Source: an uncultured Rivularia sp.
GTDB taxonomy: Bacteria; Cyanobacteriota; Cyanobacteriia; Cyanobacteriales; Nostocaceae
DNA length: 64,000 bases
Reading direction: 5' to 3'
NCBI GenBank assembly: GCA_963665115.1
Contig: OY762007.1
Span: forward strand, 8,384,001-8,448,000
Position numbers and translations under genes: made by a program. Of the stretch, positions 21,418-31,115 are shown piece by piece. Every line of letters starts with the position of its first letter. Position 1 is the stretch's first letter. Below the pieces are notes generated by a model that searched no databases, was not told the DNA's origin, and saw only the letters and a program-made list of their open reading frames with translations.

Positions 21418-22534
21418 AGCCGATTTGAAGTATAGATAAATCATCATCGAAGGTGTTTTTGGAATTCAGATCGACGAGGCAGTTGAGAATATTTTCTAGA
21501 GGGCTGCTAGAAACATGATACAACCGCTTGACCCTTTGGATAAAATTATCAAGTCCCATAAGTTGACCATCAGATAAACTTATTTCATAAGCACCATCAC
21601 TAAAAATATACAGGGTGCTATTTTTCTCAATTTTGTAAAAACCATTAGTATATTTAACCTCTGGAAACATACCAATTGGCATTCCAGGGGTTTTTAATAA
21701 TTGGATATCTTTATTATCAGATAATAAGATAGCAGGTGGATGACCGGCGCTTGAATAAATTAACTCTCGCTTGATTTGATTGTAAACACCATACCAAATA
21801 GTAAAGTATTTATCATTTTGATAACTCATTTGGAAAGTGCTATTTAATGCGTTAAGTACCTCTTTGGGTTGATAATAATTTAAATCTTTTAAGGCACGCG
21901 AGCGTAGTAAATTTAATACCGAAATAGAAGGTAAAGTCGCTTTGAGTCCATGTCCTGCGGTATCGAGCAGGTAAATGGCGAGATAATCTGGGTCTAACCA
22001 ATAATAATCAAAACAGTCTCCACCAAGTTGCTGTGAAGGAATAAATGTATAATTAATATTAAAAGGATGTATCATTGGCGTTGGCAAAAGAGAACGCACG
22101 TAATCAGCAGCCTCTGATAATTCTGCTTCTAAAATTTGCTTTTGAGCCTTTAAATCTTGACTCATTTGATGCAATCTTAAACCAGCCCTCACCCTTGCTT
22201 GCATTTCATTTTGTTCTATGGGCTTGGTGATAAAATCATCAGCACCAGCATCCAATCCTTTAACGCGATCGGCTACGGAATCCAAGGATGTTAAAAGAAT
22301 AAAAAACGTGGTTGATAAATTGGGGTCTTTCTTGATGTAACGACATACATCGAGTCCACTTAATCCCGGCATTAACCAGTCACAAATAATCAGCGCCGGA
22401 CGTGAAGCTACAGCTTTTTCTATTCCATTTTCGCCGTTGCTGACTGCAACTACTTGATAACCCTGCTTTTCCAGCATTCTTTTCAGTAAAATTTGAACGG
22501 CTGGGTCATCATCAATTACTAATATTTGAAACAT
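21410..22534 (-). CDS. Receiver plus PP2C/SpoIIE phosphatase (RsbU/RsbP-like)
   Basis: CDWLMPG receiver; GGDCFD, DTAGHG, SAGHPP, SDG, DDLS. Confidence 0.95.
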   Translation of the reverse strand: MFQILVIDDDPAVQILLKRMLEKQGYQVVAVSNGENGIEKAVASRPALIICDWLMPGLSGLDVCRYIKKDPNLSTTFFILLTSLDSVADRVKGLDAGADDFITKPIEQNEMQARVRAGLRLHQMSQDLKAQKQILEAELSEAADYVRSLLPTPMIHPFNINYTFIPSQQLGGDCFDYYWLDPDYLAIYLLDTAGHGLKATLPSISVLNLLRSRALKDLNYYQPKEVLNALNSTFQMSYQNDKYFTIWYGVYNQIKRELIYSSAGHPPAILLSDNKDIQLLKTPGMPIGMFPEVKYTNGFYKIEKNSTLYIFSDGAYEISLSDGQLMGLDNFIQRVKRLYHVSSSPLENILNCLVDLNSKNTFDDDLSILQIGFN

Positions 22535-22683
22535 AGAAAGTAGCCGTTTGATAATAAAAAATAATAAATAAAATAGAAAATTGAATAAATCTCTATTAAT
22601 TATGACCCCGATTTAATAGAAAATTACTATAAAGTAACTTCAGACCTCTTTCCCAGTAAAATCTATGCATACCATATGAACGA

Positions 22684-23453
22684 TTATAGTGGCGATAGGG
22701 GATTTAGCCATAATTTCAAGCTACGTTTTAGCTGATTTAAATCCCGATATACTTCTTGCTTAAACCACTGTCCCCCAAAGCATCAAAGGGATTAAATTCT
22801 TGGCCTGGTTGCCATTTCACGTCTTGACCTAAAGGTGTAAGATGGTTTCCTTTCAAGGTTTGCGTTGTTACCATATCCTCAAAGCGGTTGTGCAACAATT
22901 GAGTTAAAGCTGCTGATTGATCGAGATTATCGTTGCTAAATTTGATTAATAAATTACGACGAACGCTGTAGTTTTCTTTCACCTGCCTATAAGTTTCCGT
23001 AGGTGAAGGGGTAAACTCAACATTCAGCGCACTGTTGAATTGTTCCACCAAAGGTATGGCATCTCGTGCAGCATAATTATTAAATGATACAAGGATATTA
23101 CCCGCACGTTTGACTCCTTCGGAACAACCTATAAGTAAATGTAGTTTGCATCCCATACTGTGCCCCAATCCATATATGGGAAGGTAGCCTTGAAAAGCAG
23201 GTTCGCTATCCTCTAAGCGTACTAACACCCGTTCAAAATTTAGCAAAACTTGTTGGGCGATCGCGCTATGGTCTAAAGTATTTACAAATGGGGTAGCGAT
23301 AACCGCAAACCCTTCTTCGGCAAGATATTCGAGCAACAAACGATAAGTTACGTTCGGTGCGGTAGCAACAAATGCACCACCTAAAAAATGAACGATACCG
23401 ATCGGACGCTGGGGAACAATTACCCAGCTACCAGCAATTTGTTTCCAGTTCAT
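22684..23453 (-). CDS. DUF1350 family alpha/beta hydrolase; apparent frameshift in the C run at 22772-22776
   Basis: HFLGGAFV, GHSMGCKLH, GNHLTP; shifted frame continues QWFKQEVYRDLNQLK...PL* to 22684. Confidence 0.82.
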
Positions 23454-23884
23454 GCAATAAGAGCGTAAAGAGTCATAGTATTTATATTTTCTCATGTTAG
23501 ACTGTTTGCTTGCCTTCTAATCGAACTGCAACTATTTCAGAGATAAAAATTATAAATTACTCACTTTCGGGCTCTACGATTAAGCATTTTAGGGAGCAGC
23601 CAGTAGAAAGTAGGCAGTAAGAGAAGAAGAAGTTATATAGCTAATTTGATGAGCGTCTTAGAAGTAAAAATACGGTTTAATTTATCATAATTTATCGCAT
23701 CGATCGCGGAGGTAGAGAAAAGTTGGTGATTCAAAATTAAAAATGCCCGCATTAAAAAGTAATTCAGTTTGAATTTTGAATTTTGAATTAAGGATACAAG
23801 CCTCTCCTTTAAAGCAAAAAAATATAAAAGCATTCCACAGGCTGCTTCAAACTTCAGATAATGGTAATTTTGAATTTTGAATTA

Positions 23885-24742
23885 TTATTGCTGACTCTGT
23901 AATCTTTTCATTTCCTGCTGTACATCCATTGCAATCTCCAATGCTTCGTTAAGCAACCTGTCATGTTCGGAAGCTTGTTCGGTAACTTGCATCTGAGTTA
24001 ATGTTGCCAAATTATTTGCAAGTAATTCCGAATTGTTCACAATAAATTTATTATTTTCTCTTAATATTTTTTCAGTTTTTAGAGCGCGAACTAAATCTGC
24101 TCTGGTATATTCAAGAGCTTCAATAACTCGTCTTCTTTCTTTGATCCCTACCTCTGTATTTCCTGCCGCTTCAATTTTATCATTAATATCTATTGCCCGA
24201 ATAACGGCATTAAATCTATCAACTTCATGCAAAAGAGTATTCAAAGAATATGTTAGATTTTCTTTCAAAACGGCAACTCTTTTTTTCCAGTTCATATACA
24301 ATAGTAATTGTGTAATACCACCGCCAATAAAACATAATTTAATAAATAATAACCAAGATGGAAGTTGAACCCAATTAGCAAACATCTTGATAACTAAATC
24401 GAATACAATATAACAGCTAAGTATGACAGCTAATCCAACAAAAATTGCAGTTGCACCTTCAGGTCCTTTAATTTTCTGAATGAATTCTCGTAAAAACAAT
24501 TTTAACGGATTAATAATTATTATTAGTTCTTCCCTAATAGGCAGATTCGTCAACTTTCGGAGTTCTCTTTGATTAATCGCCAAGCCTCTTAAATCATCAC
24601 GCACAGCTTTCAAATCTCCAGCACAAAAGTTTTGATTTATTATATCTTTGCTTAAAATAAGCGGCAATATACTTGCGGATTTATAACAATAGACAAAATC
24701 TTGATAAAACTTATCGTTATCTCGATTTAAATGTATTGCCAA
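23885..24742 (-). CDS. Hypothetical membrane protein (2 TM plus coiled coil); start uncertain
   Basis: Two hydrophobic helices; LVRALKTEKILREN helical C-terminus. Confidence 0.7.
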   Translation of the reverse strand: MAIHLNRDNDKFYQDFVYCYKSASILPLILSKDIINQNFCAGDLKAVRDDLRGLAINQRELRKLTNLPIREELIIIINPLKLFLREFIQKIKGPEGATAIFVGLAVILSCYIVFDLVIKMFANWVQLPSWLLFIKLCFIGGGITQLLLYMNWKKRVAVLKENLTYSLNTLLHEVDRFNAVIRAIDINDKIEAAGNTEVGIKERRRVIEALEYTRADLVRALKTEKILRENNKFIVNNSELLANNLATLTQMQVTEQASEHDRLLNEALEIAMDVQQEMKRLQSQQ

Positions 24743-25107
24743 TAGTCATAGAATCGTAATTTTCATTACGGTCGAAGTTAAAAAATATACGAAAAAACAA
24801 AAAACAGTTAAGTTTATTTCTAGAATAAAATTAGAAGTTCATTTTTATTTGATATCCAATAATCAGTTATTTTAGCTTTACCTATTTATAAAAGATAGAC
24901 AATTGTCATACAAAAGTACGGATTTAAAATAAAAGAGAGTAACGATGTAATAGTCCGACTGCCAGAACCGTAACATTTATACTACTATATTAAGCACTTA
25001 TAAGCGCTCTATGTAGCTGCATTTTTATTCTTCGCAGCATTTGTAGCTTCGCCAGGATAATTCCACTTGGGGTAAAGATTATACATTATACGCTTGTGCA
25101 GAATGAA

Positions 25108-25285
25108 TAAGCTGTTACGCACTTAATTTGTATAATACCCTTCGTGCAAGATGCTTGTCCTGGCGGACACGCTGCGTTAGCGGAGCGAGACGATAGTCTT
25201 AGGCAGCACTACAATACTTTCACTTTTATGTCCTTCGGACACGCTGCGAAGGCAGCATTATATAATTTAGCTGCACATCAGCTTA
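25108..25285. mobile_element. MITE-like element with TAAGCTG termini; partial second copy at 55058-55123
   Basis: TAAGCTGTTACGCA ... TGCACATCAGCTTA; first 66 bp recur nearly identically at 55058. Confidence 0.7.
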
Positions 25286-25574
25286 CAGAACATAGAGAAC
25301 GTAAGTTTTTTAACACAACTTCAGTCTGAGCGCTAATTAAAATCAAATAGTCTTTTTACCCGATCAAATAAAAATATCTATAAATCTTGAAATATAATTT
25401 AGATGAAAATCTATATAGTGTTAAGTTGATTATCTAGTTTTGTATTAAATAAACATTGCATTCATAGCAATAAGTATGATTTTTAATTATTAGATAAAAA
25501 TCTTAATAACTAAAAAATACTTTCATATTACCTTTCTCTTTTAAGATGATTTATGGTGTAATCCAAAGATACAA

Positions 25575-26537
25575 TTGATGATCGAGAAAACTTCTTATCC
25601 GATATACCAAGAGCATTATGTTGCTGCCGAACATTATACTCAAGTAATAGAAAAAAAGCGGACTAAGTGCGTAATATGCGAACATAAGATAGATGAAAAA
25701 GACGAATCTATCTTTAGTGAATTCAACTGTAATATTAGAGCTTTCCAAAAAGAAGCTTTTAAAGTTTGGCGATGTCCTAAGTGCAAAACTATTCATACTT
25801 TAGACATTGTTGAGATTGCACCATACTACGAAAAATATCCCATAGCCGATGCAAAATTAACGTGGGAAATGCGTCTTTGCTATGGAAAATTATCTCGACA
25901 GTTATTTAAGCATGGATTTAATTCATCTCATTCTATCCTTGATTATGGCTGTGCAAACGGTTTATTTCTTGAATATTTGCAACAACAAGGCTTCGATAAA
26001 TGCTACGGTTACGAGCCTTACACCTCTGAGAACGGATTTGCGAATGAAGCTGTTCTCGACTCTGCACCATTCGATTTTATATTACTTCAAGATGTAATCG
26101 AACACGTTGAAGACCCCAGAAAATTATTGTCGAAATTGGACAGTTTGCTTGCACCTGGTGGTTATATTCTGATCGGAACACCTAACGCAGCAAATATAGA
26201 TTTAGCGAAACCTGATATATCCGATTTCTATAACTCCGTTCACGTACCCTACCATTTTCATATTTATACTCCCCAAGTTCTAGAATATTTAGGAAATGGT
26301 CAAAATTGGCAAGCTATCGAGTTTCGCGATCGCGCTTATCACGACACACCTTGGTTAGGGGTAAATACTCGTGCTTGGAACCAGTATCAACAAATATCTG
26401 ATGGTTCTTTAGATGCTATTCACGAGCCAATTGATTTAAACAAAGCTGTTACTTCTTATAAAGTCATGTTCTATGCCTTTTTTGGATATTGGTTGAGCTA
26501 TCACACGGAAATGTCCATGATGTTTCGTAAAGTTTGA
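25575..26537 (+). CDS. Class I SAM-dependent methyltransferase with N-terminal Zn-ribbon
   Basis: CVIC...CPKC, ILDYGCANG, DVIEHVEDP, L.PGG. Confidence 0.88.
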   Translation: MMIEKTSYPIYQEHYVAAEHYTQVIEKKRTKCVICEHKIDEKDESIFSEFNCNIRAFQKEAFKVWRCPKCKTIHTLDIVEIAPYYEKYPIADAKLTWEMRLCYGKLSRQLFKHGFNSSHSILDYGCANGLFLEYLQQQGFDKCYGYEPYTSENGFANEAVLDSAPFDFILLQDVIEHVEDPRKLLSKLDSLLAPGGYILIGTPNAANIDLAKPDISDFYNSVHVPYHFHIYTPQVLEYLGNGQNWQAIEFRDRAYHDTPWLGVNTRAWNQYQQISDGSLDAIHEPIDLNKAVTSYKVMFYAFFGYWLSYHTEMSMMFRKV

Positions 26538-26730
26538 TTTATCAATCACGATACAAGTACTTCACCACATTAATTTTGCAGGGTTCTGGGAATGCGAGCC
26601 GGAAAGCTCGCTGGTTGTCACGAGGGAGCGTCTCGCTCTCTGGTAGCAACGAGCGAGACGCTCGCACTTCCCGAAGAAATAAACCGTTCGTTTCTAACAT
26701 TATCTGGTAAATAAAATAAGTAAACTTTAA

Positions 26731-28263
26731 CTATTGAAGTTCATACTTAGTTATGATTGTGACTCCATTTCTACCATTAGAACTAGGTTTGAGTTTCCAT
26801 TTTCGCGCTAAATTCAAATGGTGTTTATCTAGTTTGCTGTTTCCGCTACCACTAAGCAACCGCACCTCAGTAACATTACCTTGAGCATCAGCATCAACAG
26901 ATACCGTGATATTTCCTTGAATTCCTTTATTTCTTGCCCAAGAGGGGTAACTTCTGTTACACCGACGACAAGCTGCTTGTCCATCACCATCACCAACAGA
27001 ATCACCACTACCGTTACCTAAACCGTTACCAGTTCCATTATCTGTAGTATTGGTAGGTGCAGATGCAACACTACCTTCAAAAATTCGCCGTTTTCTTCTC
27101 GGAGCATTATCGTTACTTTCGCCAATATTAGAAGTATCGGGTAAAGATGGTGCTGTATTATTAGTACTAATATTGTTATCTCGACTTTCTCTAATTCCCT
27201 TCATAGTATCTCTCAACTCTCCGCTATCTTGTGGGGTTGATGCTGGTGGTTCTATCGGAGGAGTTACCGGATTTGGTAAACTTCGCGTTGTTCTTCTAGA
27301 ATCTCTTTCCTGTGCGAGCAATTTTTCTAAATCTTCGTTAGGTTCTGCTGCTGGTGGTTCTATCGGAGGAGTTACCGGATTTGATAAACTTCGCGCTGTT
27401 CTTCTAGAGTCTCTTTCCTGTGCGAGCAATTTTTCTAAATCTTCGTCAGGTTCTGCTGCTGGTGGTTCTATCGGAGGATTTACTGGAGTTGAAAAACTCC
27501 GCGCTGTTCTTCTGGAGTCTCTTTCCTGTGCGAGCAATTTTTCTAAATCTTCATCGGGTTTTGGTTGTTCTATCGGAGGAGTGACAGGAGTTGAAAATTC
27601 TCGTGGTGTTCTTATTTCTGGTTCCGGTTGCGGTTGAGTTATTGGTTTGGGAATATCATTTTTAGCAATGGGTTCAGGCTTTTGCGGCTTTGGTTCTGGC
27701 TTTTGTTCTCGAATAACTGGCTTTTCTTGCACAGCAACAGGAGGTAATGGTGATATTGGTTTGAATGGTTTAAAGTCTGGTTGCTTTATCTCTAGTTTTG
27801 GAAGCGGTTGTTTGACAACGGGTGGTGCTTGCGGAGTAATTCTACGTTGTGTCGGTATCGGTTGAGATAATGATGCAGCAGGACTTCCACCGCTAATACG
27901 AGACTGGCTCGGAGTGGTGTCTAAATTGGGTTTAAATTGACTCGTGTCAATAGTTGGTTGTTTAATTTCTGGTTTTGGTTCGGGTTTTGGCTCTGGTTTT
28001 TCTAGTTTCGGTTCTGGTTTTGGCTTCGGCTTTACAACTTCTTTTGGTTCTGGTTCAATTTCTTCTATGGGAGTATCGAGCAGAGTTATTTCAACTGGCT
28101 CATCCTCAATTTCTGGTACCCTGTTTAATAAATATTTGCCAATCCCCGAAGCCACTAGCGCTAGATGAAATATCAGCGAGCCAGCTAAACTACAAGCCAA
28201 AAAAATTCTCAGAGCTTTTGATTCTCTTTCTCGCTGTCGTAGCGCTGTACTTGCAAAGCTCAT
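26731..28263 (-). CDS. tonB: TonB family energy transducer with internal 36-aa repeats
   Basis: TM with S-x-x-x-H (SLIFH), Pro/Lys-rich spacer, C-terminal YP..AR..GIQG...SGN..LD; divergent from exbBD. Confidence 0.88.
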   Translation of the reverse strand: MSFASTALRQRERESKALRIFLACSLAGSLIFHLALVASGIGKYLLNRVPEIEDEPVEITLLDTPIEEIEPEPKEVVKPKPKPEPKLEKPEPKPEPKPEIKQPTIDTSQFKPNLDTTPSQSRISGGSPAASLSQPIPTQRRITPQAPPVVKQPLPKLEIKQPDFKPFKPISPLPPVAVQEKPVIREQKPEPKPQKPEPIAKNDIPKPITQPQPEPEIRTPREFSTPVTPPIEQPKPDEDLEKLLAQERDSRRTARSFSTPVNPPIEPPAAEPDEDLEKLLAQERDSRRTARSLSNPVTPPIEPPAAEPNEDLEKLLAQERDSRRTTRSLPNPVTPPIEPPASTPQDSGELRDTMKGIRESRDNNISTNNTAPSLPDTSNIGESNDNAPRRKRRIFEGSVASAPTNTTDNGTGNGLGNGSGDSVGDGDGQAACRRCNRSYPSWARNKGIQGNITVSVDADAQGNVTEVRLLSGSGNSKLDKHHLNLARKWKLKPSSNGRNGVTIITKYELQ

Positions 28264-28570
28264 GGTTTAAGTCTTATTAATATTAATTTGCATTAATTTG
28301 TAATTCTAGAAGAAACAAGCGTAAAAGTCAATCAATATTTCTTGATTATTACTTAATAATCTATTGCAATTAGAAACTTCAATATACCCTTAATTTGGCT
28401 TTGTAATTATTGTTGTCCAAAATACTTTTTTCCAGACGAAAGCAGTGAAAATACTGAAATCACGTCGTATTTAAATTTATATCTCTGCAAATATAGCTAC
28501 CAAGTACGCTTATGAAAAACTAAAAATACCTTTAAACTTAATTAATAGTTGATTTTTAATGCTTTGAGGC

Positions 28571-28589
28571 GATTGACATTTATTCTCAT
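28571..28589 (+). promoter_or_regulatory. Putative Fur box upstream of exbB
   Basis: TGACATT-T-ATTCTCA 7-1-7 inverted repeat overlapping a TTGACA -35. Confidence 0.55.
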
Positions 28590-28674
28590 CTGTCCTAAGT
28601 TAATTTGGTAACTACTATTATCTACTTCTGTAGAGATTAGTAATTAATATCATTAATGCATTTGAGAGCTACAA

Positions 28675-29325
28675 ATGGGAATAAATAATCTATTCTCGGC
28701 AGGTGGTGTCGTGATGATACCGCTGCTGGGGTTTTCGGTATTGGCTTTGGGGCTGATTGTCGAAAGAATAAGCTTTTGGTTGAAAATTAATAATCGTCAG
28801 ACTAAAGTTGTACGAGATGTATTAAATCTCTATCGTCGTAACAATATCGTAAGTGCGATTGATGGATTGCGAAAGAATGCAGATTTACCTATCGCTCGGA
28901 TGTTTCTCACTGCTTTAGAGTTAGAAGAGCCGACTCCCGAAGAGTTTCGTTTGGCATTGGAAAGTGAAGCACAAGCAGAGATTCCTTTACTCAAACGTTT
29001 TCAAAATATATTTGATACTATAATTTCTCTAGCGCCACTTTTAGGTCTTTTAGGTACCGTTTTAGGATTAATTGGTTCTTTTGCTTCCTTAAATCTTGGT
29101 GATGTCGGAGGTTCTCAAACAGCGAATGTAACTGGTGGTATTAGTGAAGCGCTGGTTTCAACGGCTGCTGGTTTAGTTGTGGCGATTTTTACGCTGATGT
29201 TTGCTAATGCATTTCGAGCCATGTACCAAAGACAAATGGCATTAATTCAAGAATACGGTGGAGAATTAGAATTACTTTACCGTCGTTATTACGAACGAGG
29301 AAAGATTCATGCGTCTACCAGATGA
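28675..29325 (+). CDS. exbB: MotA/TolQ/ExbB proton channel
   Basis: APLLGLLGTVLG, GISEALVSTAAGL. Confidence 0.95.
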   Translation: MGINNLFSAGGVVMIPLLGFSVLALGLIVERISFWLKINNRQTKVVRDVLNLYRRNNIVSAIDGLRKNADLPIARMFLTALELEEPTPEEFRLALESEAQAEIPLLKRFQNIFDTIISLAPLLGLLGTVLGLIGSFASLNLGDVGGSQTANVTGGISEALVSTAAGLVVAIFTLMFANAFRAMYQRQMALIQEYGGELELLYRRYYERGKIHASTR

Positions 29326-29714
29326 AACCGGATGCACCGGCACAGATTAATATTGTGCCGATGATTGATGTGATATTCGCAATTTTGACCTTTTTTGTGA
29401 TGTCAACCTTGTTTTTAACTCGTCAAGAAGGATTACCAGTCAATTTACCTCAAGCATCTTCTGCGAAAAAAGCAACTCAACCAGCACGAGTTACGCTGAC
29501 AGTAGATAAAGCTGGTGAAATATTTCTGAATAAGCAGCCGATTACTTTGGATAAGTTAGAAGCCGGAGTGAAAGCGAAAGTCAAACCCGAACAACCTTTG
29601 ATGGTGGTATTAAATGCAGATGAAGGGGTGAATCACGGGAAAATAGTCGCAGTGATGGATAAAGTGCGATTGGTAAAGGGTGCTAGTTTGGCGATCGCCA
29701 CTCGTCGAGATTGA
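29309..29714 (+). CDS. exbD: ExbD/TolR; true start probably ATG 29309 with an apparent +1 A at 29325-29327
   Basis: INIVPMIDVIFAIL; removing one A gives MRLPDEPDAPAQ. Confidence 0.9.
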
Positions 29715-29792
29715 TTCAATCAATTTTGGTTATTAATTTTGTTGGCTTTTTTGTTGGCTTTGAAATATGCATCTGTGAATTCATCATTAAAC

Positions 29793-29820
29793 GTAGAGAC
29801 GCGAAATTTCGCGTCTCTAC
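29793..29820. repeat. GTAG-type REP palindrome
   Basis: GTAGAGACGCGAAATTTCGCGTCTCTAC perfect palindrome. Confidence 0.85.
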
Positions 29821-29906
29821 AAAGTTTCAGTTGAAAAAAATAGATATCTAATTTTAAAAAGATTACATAATATCCGAATAAGCTGAGCTACTTATATCAA
29901 ATAAAC

Positions 29907-30896
29907 ATGACAATTACTGTCTCAAGCCATAATTGGCAAGAGTTTTGGCAGGAAGATAAGCAACAATGTTTAAATAACCACGAACGCATTTGGAGTTTTT
30001 CTAATGGTTTAGGAAAGGGTCGTCAAAAACAAATTTTTCTGCGTTCTGGTATATCTATTTATATTCACGAGTTGGAATTTATAGATAATATTGTAGAAAA
30101 CATTACTTCTCAAAAATTTTTCCCTGAATTTGCTTTTCATCTCCAAGGAAAGCGTCAATTAGTAGATGGAAAATATCATCAAGCTGGCGAGAACTTCTTT
30201 GCAATCGGACCTTGTTTAAGTGGAACTCAAGAATGGTCTGCAAATTCTCAAATTCTCAAAATTGATATACATATTGAACCATCATTTTTAGGCAGTTATT
30301 TAAGAGATTATAGCCAAAAAACACCTTTTGAATTAAATCAGCTTTTAGAAGGGAAAGACGATAAGTTTTATTTTCATCCCGGTAAAACAACACCTCAAAT
30401 GCAAGTTTGTTTGCATCAAATTTTGAATTGTCCCTATCAAGGTGCAACTCGAAAAATTTATCTGGAAGGTAAAGCGCTAGAATTAATTGCTATGCGTTTG
30501 CAAGAATTGCTTTATGAAGATAATTCTCAACACGATTCATCTGAGTGTATTCGAGAAAATGACGTTGAAAGAATCTACCACGCTAAAGAAATTTTACGCA
30601 CTCAATTTGAAAATCCCCCTTCTTTAGCGGAATTAGCTCGTCAGGTTGGTTTGAATCAGCGGAAACTTAAACAAGGATTTCGTGCTTGTTTCGGTACTAC
30701 TGCTTTTGGATATTTGCACGATTACCGCATGGAGCAAGCCAGACTGTTACTTACAGATACTCAAATGGGTGTAACTCAAGTCGCTCATAACGTTGGTTAT
30801 GCTAGCTTACCGTCTTTCAGTGCGGCTTTTCGCAAAAAATTCGGTATTTGTCCGCGAATTTATATAGGGAAAGAAAAAAAAGTACCTTTGGAATAA
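29907..30896 (+). CDS. AraC family regulator (PchR-like)
   Basis: YLEGKALELI, PPSLAELARQVGLN.RKLKQGFR..FGTT, VGY.S...FS.AFRKKFG. Confidence 0.95.
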   Translation: MTITVSSHNWQEFWQEDKQQCLNNHERIWSFSNGLGKGRQKQIFLRSGISIYIHELEFIDNIVENITSQKFFPEFAFHLQGKRQLVDGKYHQAGENFFAIGPCLSGTQEWSANSQILKIDIHIEPSFLGSYLRDYSQKTPFELNQLLEGKDDKFYFHPGKTTPQMQVCLHQILNCPYQGATRKIYLEGKALELIAMRLQELLYEDNSQHDSSECIRENDVERIYHAKEILRTQFENPPSLAELARQVGLNQRKLKQGFRACFGTTAFGYLHDYRMEQARLLLTDTQMGVTQVAHNVGYASLPSFSAAFRKKFGICPRIYIGKEKKVPLE

Positions 30897-30955
30897 CAAA
30901 TAGTTCTTCTCGAATAAGACTTTAACCCCGAATTTGGTGTAATGTAATTTCAAAT

Positions 30956-30974
30956 AATTGAAAATGATTCTTAA
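30956..30974 (+). promoter_or_regulatory. Putative Fur box upstream of the TonB-dependent receptor
   Basis: AATTGAAAATGATTCTTAA resembles GATAATGATAATCATTATC. Confidence 0.55.
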
Positions 30975-31115
30975 CTATCGTGATGGGTAATGGGTAATGG
31001 GTAAAAGATATTTAATCATTACCTATGTAGCAAGTAACTAGCTAAACCCGATATTAATCATAAGTGTGCAGCTGCTCTAAATACTTCTATATTCTATTTA
31101 TTGTGTAAGGAAGCA

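Noticed and set aside
25144..25329. 61-aa ORF
   Set aside because: Lies mostly within a MITE-like repeat
27235..27600. Possible non-coding repeat array
   Set aside because: In-frame coding repeats within tonB
27050..27637. 195-aa plus-strand ORF and similar shadow ORFs (e.g. 46189-46881, 36219-36656, 10220-10555)
   Set aside because: Antisense or alternate-frame to well-supported genes, no motifs
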